Assembly: GCA_001275005.1 (NCBI GenBank)
Contig: JWZX01003171.1
Location: 1-43,323, forward strand
Source of the DNA: Chrysochromulina tobinii
Lineage: Eukaryota
DNA length: 43,323 nt
Direction of reading: 5' to 3'
In this document: piece after piece, positions 10,075 through 19,098 of the stretch
How positions within the stretch are numbered: the stretch's first letter is position 1
Layout of the letters: each line of letters begins with the position of its first letter
The notes under the pieces: generated by a model
Seen by the model: only the letters and a program-made list of their open reading frames with translations
Database searches by the model: none
What the model was told of the DNA's origin: nothing
Translations under genes and position numbers: made by a program

Positions 10075-13000
10075 TCACACGCGCTCGAGGCCACGCGGGA
10101 GGGCGTCCGCCCGCGACGAAGAAGTCAGAGGTGGCCTCCACCGCGAGCGCTGTACCGGGCGCAGCTCAATGTCCATCGGCGCTGTGTCGAGCTCCGACCT
10201 GCCTATTCTGGACTTCGGCGCCGTATCGAGCGCACTCGTGTCGGCGTCGGGCTCGTCGCGCAGCTTGCCCCCGCGCCGCACGGCGCCGCGGCCGCGGCTG
10301 CTCTCGTCGGTGCTCTCGTCGGCGCGCGCGGCGCTTGCGCCGGGGACGTACACGAGGGGCGGCCGGTAGAGATGGAGAAGGAGCGACGAGCAAACGACAG
10401 AGACGGAAGAGAGGCCCATGGCGGCGCCCGCGAACATCGGTGGTAGCTGGATGAGGAGCCACGGGTAAAAGACGCCCGCGGCGAAGGGGATGCCCACGCA
10501 ATTGTACCCCGAAGCCCACAGGAAGTTGATGCGGATGCGTCGCATGACACGCGAGGAGAGGTCGAGAGCAATGCACACGTCCGTCAGATGGCTCTTCATC
10601 AGGACCATATCGGCCGTCTCGATCGCAACGTCCGTGCCCGAGCCGAGGGCAATGCCCACGTTGGCCTGTGCGAGCGCGGGGGCGTCGTTGACGCCATCGC
10701 CCACCATCGCGACCACGTGTCCTAGGCGCTGCAGCTCAGCGAGCTTGGCGGCTTTGCCTTGGGGCTTCACTTCCGCGAGCACTCGATCTCGCGCGATCCC
10801 CGCCTCCCGCCCAATTTGGGCCGCCGTGCGCTCATTGTCGCCCGAGACGAGCCACACCTCGATGTTGCGCCGCTCGAGCCATTGCACGACGGAGAAGGCC
10901 TCGGGCTTGAGAGAGTCGCTCACCTGCATGCAATGGAGGGAGGCCATCAGAGGCCATCAGAGGCCATCAGAGGCCATCAGAGGCCATCAGAGGCCATCAG
11001 AGGCCCTCGGGCTTGAGAGAGTCGCTCACCACGACCAGCCCCACAAGGCGCAGCGCCGCGACGAGCGCCGTCTCGGGCGCCACGGCGACGAGCACCGCCG
11101 TCATCCCTTTGAGCTCATAGCCCGCCATCTCCTCCTCCTGCGCCGCATCGAGCTCGAGGGCATGCGCGTGCATCCACGAGCGCGCGCCCACGAGCACGCG
11201 CGCGCCGTCGACGGTGCAGCTCACCCCATGCCCGGGCGAGGACCGAAAGTCCGAAGGCTCGGTGAGGGACAAGCCCCGCGCCGCAGCGTACCTGGCGAGC
11301 GCCTTGCCGATTGGATGCTCAGAGCCACGCTCGGCAGAGGCCGCGTAGCGCATCAGGCGCGCCTCGGCGGCGCCGCCGTGGTGAGCACTTGCATGCATGC
11401 GCGCCTCGGGCGGCGGCGGCAGCGGCGGCGGCGGCCGATTGCAGCGGCGGCTCCTGCATGCGAGTGTTCACCACGGCGCCTGTAATCTCCTGCGCGGGTG
11501 GCTGCAGCGACGCGGGCGCGGCGGCAGGTAAGCCATCGACCCCCCACACGCTGACGTGCCTTACTCGGAGCTCGCCCGTGGTCAGAGTGCCCGTCTTGTC
11601 GAAGCAGACGGCCGAGACGGTTGCCGCCATCTCGAGCACATCGCCCCCTTTGATTAGGATCCCGTGCCGGGCAGCGACGCCGCCGCCCACCATCACGGCG
11701 GTTGGGGTGGCGAGGCCGAGCGCACACGGGCACGCGACGACGAGCACGGCGCACCCAAACATGAAGGCAAAGAGTTGCGTGTCTTTCAGGCCGCAATGGG
11801 TGAGGTAGTAGTGGGGCAGGTAGCCGAGCACATCGACCGCCGTCCACGTCAGGTAGGTGAGCAAGGCGAGGCCCACCACTACCGGCACAAAGTACGTCGA
11901 GACCCGGTCGGCGAAGGCTTGGATTTTGGGCCGTCGGTGCTGCGCGTCGGCGACGACCTTCATGATCTGCGGGAGGGTCGAGCGAGCCGTTGGAGAAGCA
12001 ATCAGGGAGGCAATCAGGGAGGCCATCAGGCGCCATCAGGCACCATCAGGCGCCATCACCTGCGAGAGGGTCGAGTGCTCCGGCGATCAGGGAGGCAATC
12101 AGAGAGGCAATCAGACGTCATCAGGCGCCATCAGGCGCCATCACCTGCGAGAGGGTCGAGTGCTCCGCGGACGCGAGCACACGCACGAAGAGGACGCCGG
12201 TGCCGTTGATGGTGCCTCCCATCACCTTGTCCCCCGGCGCCTTGGGAACCGGCATGGACTCGCCCGTGAGCATCGCCTCATCGACCGACGAGGCGCCGCG
12301 CAGCACCAGCCCGTCGACTGGCACGTGAGCGCCCGGGAGGACCTTGACGACGTCGTCCTTGGCGAGCGAGCTCACGGTGACCTCGCGCGGCTCCGAGATC
12401 GTGCTCGAGATCGAGATCGTGCTCGAGGTCGAGATCGTGCTCGAGATCGAGATCGTGCTCGAGATTGTGGCTGGCCCGCTCGGGTGCTCGTCGCTGGCTG
12501 GCTCGTCGCTGTAGCTCACCCAGGGGCCCTCGCACAGCAGGGCGGTAGGCGGCTGCAGCGTGAGAAGGGCCGACATGGCTTCAGACGCCTTGCCCCTTGC
12601 CGCTGCCTCGAGAGACTTGCCTGCCAAGATGAAGGTGATGAGCATAGCCGAGGTCTCGAAGCATTGCTTGTTCTCGCCCTGCAAGCCCGCGCTCGCGATC
12701 GAGAGCACTGTGAAGGTGAGCGAGTAAAAGTAGGCTGCCGACGAGCCGAGCGCGACGAGCACGTCCATGTTCGTCGCCCCATGTGAGAGCGCCGCGTACG
12801 CTGAGCGGTAGAAGCGCAGCCCGAAGCCGAACTGGACTGGGGTCGCGAGGATCCAAAGGAGCAGCACGCTCACGTCGAGGCCGGGGACGACGGCCACGGA
12901 GAGCGGCGCTTGGAGAGGCGTCATCGGCAGCACCATCGAGATGACGAACACCGGCACCGAGAAGATGGACGCGCCGAGGAGCTGCCGACGCCACGCGCGC

Positions 13001-14093
13001 GCCTCGGCCCCATAACCGCCCTCGCCTCCGCCTCCGAGGCGCTCGCTTTCTGGGCGGAGCTGCACCTCCGCCTCGTAGCCCAACCGTTGGATGGCCGCGA
13101 CAATCTCGTCGGGGCGCGTGGAGCGCTCATCGTACCTGATGAGGGAGGCCATCAGCATGCAATCAGCATGCAATCAGCATGCAATCTCGTCGGGGCGCGT
13201 GGAGCGCTCATCGTACCTGATCTTGGCCGCCTTCCCCATGAGCGACACCGACGCGCTCAGTACGCCTGGGTGCGCTCGCAGCCCCCGCTCGACGGCGCCG
13301 ACACACGCGGTGCACGTCATGCCCTCGACGGCGACTGTCAGGGTGCGCTCGAACTTGGAGGCCGCCCAGGACGGCGCCCGACCTGAGCCGTTCAACAGCC
13401 CTTCGGATTCGTCCACGGGCCCAGCCTCGTCCGCGGGCCCAGCCTCGCACGCCTCGGCCGGAGTCTTCGACGCCATCGCTGGGAAGACTGGCGGCTGGCG
13501 AGTCCGTGCAGCCCCGCTAGAGGTCGAGAGCGCCGACGCCGCGGCGAGAGGCAAGGCGCCGACGCTCCCGAGCGGTGGCTGCGGCTGCTGCGGCTGCGGC
13601 GGCGGCGGCTGCTGCTGCTGCGGCTGCTGCTGCTGCTGCTGCGACGGCGACAGCGCCTCGCAGCCGAAGCCCGACGGCCTCGACCAGCCGCCACCAGCTC
13701 TGCGACCGTGGCGGTCCCGCGCACGGTCGCCGTCTCGGCGGCGAGGTCGACGCTCGCCGCGAGCACACCCGGCAGTGCCGCGAGCGTCTCCTCCACACGT
13801 CCGGAACAGTGCTCGCAATGCATGCCCGTGACGCGTAGGAGCGTCTGCAGCTGCAAAGATGACGGTGATGACGACGACGGTGAGCCCGCTGCGGGCACCG
13901 CCGGTGCTGCCTGGAACCCGATCGCATTGACGGCGGACACCAACGCGTCCATGGACGCCACGCCCTGGACGGTCGCCGTCTCCGCTTCGAGGTCGACGAC
14001 GACTGTGCCCACACCGGGAAGCGCCCTCAGAGTCTCCTCGACTCGGCCCGAGCAGTGACTGCAGTGCATGCCTTTCACGGAAAGAAGTTGCAT
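10075..14093 (-). CDS. Copper-type P1B ATPase (ATP7/HMA5/CopA family) with three N-terminal HMA domains; at least 3 introns, 3 apparent +1 frameshifts
   Basis: GMHCSHC, GMHCEHC, GMTCTAC, TNMDVLV, TGES, CPCALGLATP, DKTGTLT, SEHP, GDGVND, YN..GIP and MGLSS (P1B-1 signature). Introns at 13216-13136, 12144-11967 and 11029-10924. Extra bases near 13684, 13671 and 11409. Confidence 0.93.
10924..11029 (-). other. Exon-echo GT-AG intron (106 nt) with (CCTCTGATGG)6
   Basis: First 25 nt (GTGAGCGACTCTCTCAAGCCCGAGG) are identical to the next exon's start; ends TTGCATGCAG; splicing gives LVV-VSDSLKPEA. Confidence 0.88.
11967..12144 (-). other. GT-AG intron (178 nt) with CTGATGGCGC/CTGATTGCCTCC repeats and two copies of the upstream exon end
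   Basis: Splicing gives the conserved STLSQ-IMKVVADAQ. Acceptor CTCGACCCTCCCGCAG copies exon end CTCGACCCTCTCGCAG; internal copy at 12082-12060. Confidence 0.88.
13136..13216 (-). other. Exon-echo GT-AG intron (81 nt) with (GCATGCTGATT)3
   Basis: 40-bp perfect direct repeat 13101-13140/13182-13221; ends GGCCTCCCTCATCAG; splicing gives KIR-YDERS. Confidence 0.88.
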
Positions 14094-14413
14094 CTTTTCC
14101 CGGCTGGTTCTAGACTCCCGTAGGCGTTCCCGTAGGCGGGCCGCCGCTCGGACTGCGGCGCTCTCGGTCGCCCTCGGGGCCGCCGGCTCGCCCGTGGTCG
14201 ACGTGATGGAAAAGCGCAAAGCCGGCGCTAGTCCCGCCTCGGCGCAAGTTCGCTATCGAGCGCGTCCAGTTCGGCAAATTTCCCACATACTCTGCTTCTC
14301 ATTCGTGGGCTCCATGCACCAGCGTTCCCTCTGCAGTGAGAAAACGTCTCGCCGAAACTCGTTGCAAAGGTTTACCGGTACGAAACAAGCGAGGTCGGGT
14401 CCGTCGGCGACAA

Positions 14414-17023
14414 ATGGAGACTCGGGTCGGGAAGGTGCTGCTACTCATCGTGACGGTCGCGGAAGCTGTCAACAACCAATGGCGTATTGTGCATGAGCGA
14501 CGACGCCTGGTCGCACCCATCTCGGAAGAGGCTCAGAATCGCCGCACCCTGGAGCGCTTCACGAAAGGCCATCCCGACAACTCAATCTGCTGGGACCGCG
14601 ACGGCCTCGACGGCTTCATCAACGTGATCGACGCGCACCAGCACCCGGTGCCCTTCGGCGGGCCAGAGGTGCCTTTTTCGCTGTACACCGACTGGTTTAT
14701 CCAGCACGGCACAGTGTTCTCTGTCTTCATGGGCATCGGCCAGAAGATCACCAAGCAGAACGCGTCGGCGCCCGACTGCTGCTACTACATGCACTGCCCG
14801 ACGTACGACTACCCGGTGATCCCGAGCGTCGAGAACGACGAGATCAACGCCATCGCTCGGCTCGAGCACTACTACGGCAAGGTTGACCATAGGCTCCACC
14901 TCATCACCTCCGCCACGTTCCCGAGCCTCCAGAAGAGCGAGGGCGCCAAGGATCAGCTGCTCGCGCTGTGGGCAAAGTACCCGAATACGTTCAAGTGGCT
15001 GGGCGAGATCAACGTATTCAAGCACGCGCTCGCGGGCAACGCGTTCTTCTCCGACTTCACCGGCCCTCGGCTCACCGTCGCACGCGTCGAGTCGGGTGAG
15101 CTCGATGCTCTCTTCAGCGTCATCGGTCCGAAGCAGCCCAACGGCGAGCAGATCCCGGCGGCGACGCTCCACTCGGACATGGGGTGCGACACGTACCACT
15201 TCCTGCCCGGCTCGGGCGATGGCGTCACCCCTCTCAAGTGTGAGGCGTCCGATGAGGACAAGCGTATCGCGCAGAGCAACCATGCTTGGTGGAAGGCGAC
15301 GCTCGGCCCGTGAGTGCTCGCCTTCTGACTGCCTCTGACTGCCTCTGACTGCCTCTGACTGCCTTCTCTGACACGCGCGAGCTCCGGCGACCTCCCACGA
15401 TCTCCCGTGACCTCCCGTGCTCACACGCGCGAGTTCCCGTGCATGCATGCATGCGTGTGTGTGTGTGTGCCCCCCGACCTCTTTCGGGTGTGAACGCAGC
15501 TTCTACTCCGGCTTCTTCGACGAGAACGACTACCCCAAGTCCAACTTCCGAGAGATCATGCACATTCACGTGACGCACGCGATCATGGACCGGTACCCCA
15601 AGGTCAAGTTCGTCTGGGCGCACGTGGGGCTCAGCCAGGAGCTTGCCACGCTGCACCCGGCCGTGCACGCGCGCATCCTCGAAGTCTTCTTTGAGCGATT
15701 CTCGACCAACCTTTGGCTCGATACGTCGTGGGACGTGCTCGCCAAGCAGAACTTTGTGAGAGGTTACGGCGCGTCGAACCCGCCCGCGGCCCCATCGGAG
15801 CCCCGAGATGGGCCGAGATTGCGACCGAGATTGCGACCGAGATTGCGACCGAGATTGTGACCGAGATTGTGACCGGATTGTGCTCGTGCCTCCTCGCCCT
15901 CCACCGACCCCCCCCTCAAGGTTAATTACGACGGCCAGCCGATCGAGAACCTTTGGTCCTCGTGGGCGTCGGAGGACCTCACCGACGACGCTCTCTTCGA
16001 CATGCCCAAGTGGACGAGCGCGCGCGAACGACTCGATAAGATCTGGCAGGCGAAGAAGGGTTCGATCTCGAAGACGGAGAACCTCTGATGACCTCTGATG
16101 ACCTCTGATGACCTCTGATGACCTCTGATGACCTCTGATGACCTCTGATGACCTCTGATGGCCTCTGATGGCCTCTGATGACCTCTGATGACCTCTGATG
16201 ACCTCTGATGACCTCTGATGACCTCTGATGACCTCTGATGACCTCTTGATTGCCTCCTTCATCAGGTTTGATCTCGAAGACGGTCACGACGCTCACGGGA
16301 CCCTCGCACAAGATGGCCGTGCTCCTCGACCTGATGGAGCGATACCCGGATAAGTTCCTCCCCGGAACGGACTACGTGGCCTCCTTCGGCTCTCACGACG
16401 ACTTCCCCGGCTACACGCCCCTCACCGGTGCCCCGAACAACCCCGCGCACAAACGTGAGGATGCGCTCACGGACCGTGTGACTGGCGACGGCTCGGCCGC
16501 GCCGGACCTCGGCCTCGACCACGACCGTGGCGGCTGCCATAAGACGGAGATGACGCACTCCGAGCAGATCACGGATACCTCGTCGCTCAACATGTTCTTC
16601 AACGACGAGCTCTTTAGTGCCATGGTGCTCGGCACGAACTTCTTCCGCGTGGCTGGCCTCGCCACACAGTTCGCCGCCCCACCGCTGTGTCGCAACGACC
16701 CGGACACGCCGTTGCCCACCGCGACCGTCGGGTGGAAGCCGGGGGCAGCCGTCGCCACCACTATGCAGACGCCGACGACCATCTCCACGCTCGGTACGGC
16801 GCCCGCCAGGGTGGACGCCCGCGACGGCGCCGAGACCGCATCGGTTACGTCCTTGGGACGTTTAGGGGTCCCGTCGCAGGCGGTCGTGCCGCTGATGCTC
16901 CTTGCAGTCATGCTCCTCGCTGGCCTAGTGTACAGGGTAGGCGTCACCCAAGGGCAGAAGTCCGCCGTCGATCGAGATTACGCTCTCCATCAAGATGGTG
17001 CGAAGCCGCTCCTCCCGTCTTAA
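14414..17023 (+). CDS. Secreted, C-terminally membrane-anchored amidohydrolase-superfamily (TIM-barrel) protein; 4 exons
   Basis: Signal-like METRVGKVLLLIVTVAEA. Motifs IDAHQH, GEIN, LHSD, WAHVG, LDTSW and PDKFLPGTD; C-terminal TM VVPLMLLAVMLLAGLVY. Introns 15310-15499, 15756-15920 and 16060-16265 join the frames (LGP-FYSG, QNF-VNYD, KKG-LISK). Confidence 0.8.
15310..15499 (+). other. GT-AG intron (190 nt) with (GCCTCTGACT)4 and CCTCCCGTGA-like decamers
   Basis: CC|GTGAGT...AACGCAG|CTTC restores the frame. Confidence 0.8.
15756..15920 (+). other. GT-AG intron (165 nt) with a (GATTGYGACCGA)~5 12-mer array
   Basis: TTT|GTGAGA...CCCTCAAG|GTT restores the frame. Confidence 0.75.
16060..16265 (+). 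other. Exon-echo GT-AG intron (206 nt) with 16 RCCTCTGATG decamers
   Basis: Starts GTTCGATCTCGAAGACGG versus next exon GTTTGATCTCGAAGACGG (17/18); array at 16081-16240; ends TGCCTCCTTCATCAG. Confidence 0.88.
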
Positions 17024-17665
17024 GATGGTGCGAAGCCGCTCCTCCCGTCTCGGCTTCACGCGTGCGTTCGGTTGCCGTGGGGTGTGCCGTCTCGCCGGCG
17101 ACTCGATGCCATCGGCTCGGCGGCCGGACCGTGCTACGTGGCTGAGCCGTTGCACCCGTTAGTTTATTTGTCGTCGACTCGCCCACCCGGGCGTGAACCG
17201 TCGCGTGGATGCATTCAGATTCATGACTCCTGGAAGCTGGATCAGATGGAATCTCGTACCGTGGCGTTCCCGTCAACGCCGAACCCCGCCCGACCGCGAA
17301 CCGAACCGACGCCGGGTCCCGGTCCCGGTCACGTGTCGTGTGAGCTCCGTCGTCTTCGCCTCATCGTCCATACGGTAAGTCGAGTATGCGTTGACCGTTG
17401 TGCCATTGTGGGCCTGGGTGGCGTGGGGGGTTCTTTAGGCGTTCCCGCTCGCGTACACTATTTGGAGTTAAAAGGGTTAACTACATTTGTGCGGTGGGAT
17501 TCGATGGGCGATTTGACCGAAGGTCGCGTGTCTCATGCATGCGGGTAGGGGTACGTGTATGATCCTATGGAGATCGATGCTCGTGTGGAATGGGGAGATC
17601 GAAGCGGCGGGCGTCCCAGAGTAGTAGAGAGTTGGGTCCGGCCGCTCGCAGCGCCCCGACGTGAT

Positions 17666-18793
17666 CTACGCCCAGATCGCAAGCAACGCCATGAGGGCGG
17701 CACCCACTCCGGTGCTCATCATCCGAAGCACAGGCAGCGAAGGTATGCAGCGTGCTGGCAGGCTGGGCCAAGGGCTGGGCGGTAGTCTCTTCGCGTCGCA
17801 CGAGTCGAGCATGATCGCGAGCATTCGATCCTGGGTGCTCTCGGTGAGATTCGATCTCCCCATCAAGCCCTCGGTGAGATTCGATCTCCCCATCGCGAGC
17901 ATTCGATCCTGGGTGCAGCAATCCGTCATCCCCTTCTCGTCACGCCCGGCCGGCCAGCACTGCTGGCCAGCAGTCAGACTGCGGCAGTTCAGATCGTGTA
18001 TGAGCGCCGGTGGCCGCGGCTCGTCGGCATGCGCGCTCACCATGTGCATACTGATGTGGGTGAGGGTGCCTGCAGCTAAGCCATTCATCAGTCCTGAAGA
18101 CCATCTGAACGTGAGATCGTGGGCCAATCCGGCGTAGACCTGACGCGCCGCGAAGCCAATCGCGACCCCAAGCGGGAGCGAGAGGGTGAAGACAAGGTAG
18201 GTACGGCGCCATGCGGACCGACGGAGGCCGCTCTTCATCCCGAGGAGGCCTATAGCGAGCCCTTCGAGGCATTGGTGGACGCTCAGCGCGAGGCCGAGTA
18301 CGAATTGCTCCTGGGCGCCGAGCTCTCCCAAGCCAAAGCCGAGCCCGACGAGCACCGAATGGATCGAAATTGACGCCTCTAAGACGTGGAACGTATGAAG
18401 GAGCTGCGGAGAGCCGAGCTCCGCCACCGATCCTTTCGACAACAGCGGTAAACCAGCAACGCTTGGGACATGATGACAGGGCCACGTGAGTTCCTGGACG
18501 GTCGCCATCATCAGGTAGCCTGTAAGCATGGCAGCATTCGCGGCAGGATACATCGTCAGCCCTTCAAGCCGCTCCTGTGCGTCATTGAGCAGGTGCAACC
18601 ACGCCACTGCCACGAGAACACCGGCGGACATGCCTTTTAGGCACTCGAGTCCACGCGATGGGCCAGCAGTCTCGGACGCCTGCGCTGAGAGCAAGCCGAG
18701 TATCGAGCATAGAGTGATCCCCAGCACCACGCAAATGGAGACGAATGCGTTGCGCATGGGGCGGTCAAGAACCCAAGCAGCTCCGAGTACCAT
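17666..18793 (-). CDS. ZIP-family (ZRT/IRT-like) metal transporter
   Basis: Multiple TM helices; SAGVLVAVAWLHLL, SISIHSVLVGL, HQCLEGLAIG, GLAAGTLTHI and terminal MALLAIWA. Start chosen at ATG 18793. Confidence 0.85.
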   Translation of the reverse strand: MVLGAAWVLDRPMRNAFVSICVVLGITLCSILGLLSAQASETAGPSRGLECLKGMSAGVLVAVAWLHLLNDAQERLEGLTMYPAANAAMLTGYLMMATVQELTWPCHHVPSVAGLPLLSKGSVAELGSPQLLHTFHVLEASISIHSVLVGLGFGLGELGAQEQFVLGLALSVHQCLEGLAIGLLGMKSGLRRSAWRRTYLVFTLSLPLGVAIGFAARQVYAGLAHDLTFRWSSGLMNGLAAGTLTHISMHMVSAHADEPRPPALIHDLNCRSLTAGQQCWPAGRDEKGMTDCCTQDRMLAMGRSNLTEGLMGRSNLTESTQDRMLAIMLDSCDAKRLPPSPWPSLPARCIPSLPVLRMMSTGVGAALMALLAIWA

Positions 18794-18927
18794 CGCGTTC
18801 AGGACAGCCCCTCTTTTCTCATTGTGAATGGGGGCTCCCCCGCCGAGCGCCGGCGCCGGGCCGACTCCCCTGTGGGGAAAACGGGGAGGAGTGCGTTCAG
18901 GAGGACTGCGCCCAACACAGGACGTCC

Positions 18928-18990
18928 TGTGAACGTAACGCGACACGGGCCGTAGCACCGGTTGTCGCGTGTGTCGCGTTAACTTTCACA
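18928..18990. promoter_or_regulatory. Candidate bidirectional promoter: two divergent copies of GTGTCGCGTTA(A)CKTTCACA
   Basis: Minus-strand copy at 18928-18946 and plus-strand copy at 18971-18990, between divergent genes. 18949-18989 matches 30876-30916 at 37/41 nt. Confidence 0.45.
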
Positions 18991-19098
18991 CAAGCGGTGT
19001 TTGTATGAATGTGAATGTGTGTCTGTGTGATTTCTAACACACGCGGGAAATCCGCGTCGCACTGAGCACATTGAAAACTATGCGGTGAGCCGTATCGT

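Noticed and set aside
15234..16311. ORFs encoding (SEVIRGHQRS)n peptides, also at 10490-11485 and 37375-38506
   Set aside because: These are antisense translations of intronic decamer arrays, not plausible proteins.
10075..18793. Bacterial-style metal-resistance operon or HGT island
   Set aside because: The ATPase and amidohydrolase carry spliceosomal introns, the genes lie on both strands, and composition matches the rest of the window.
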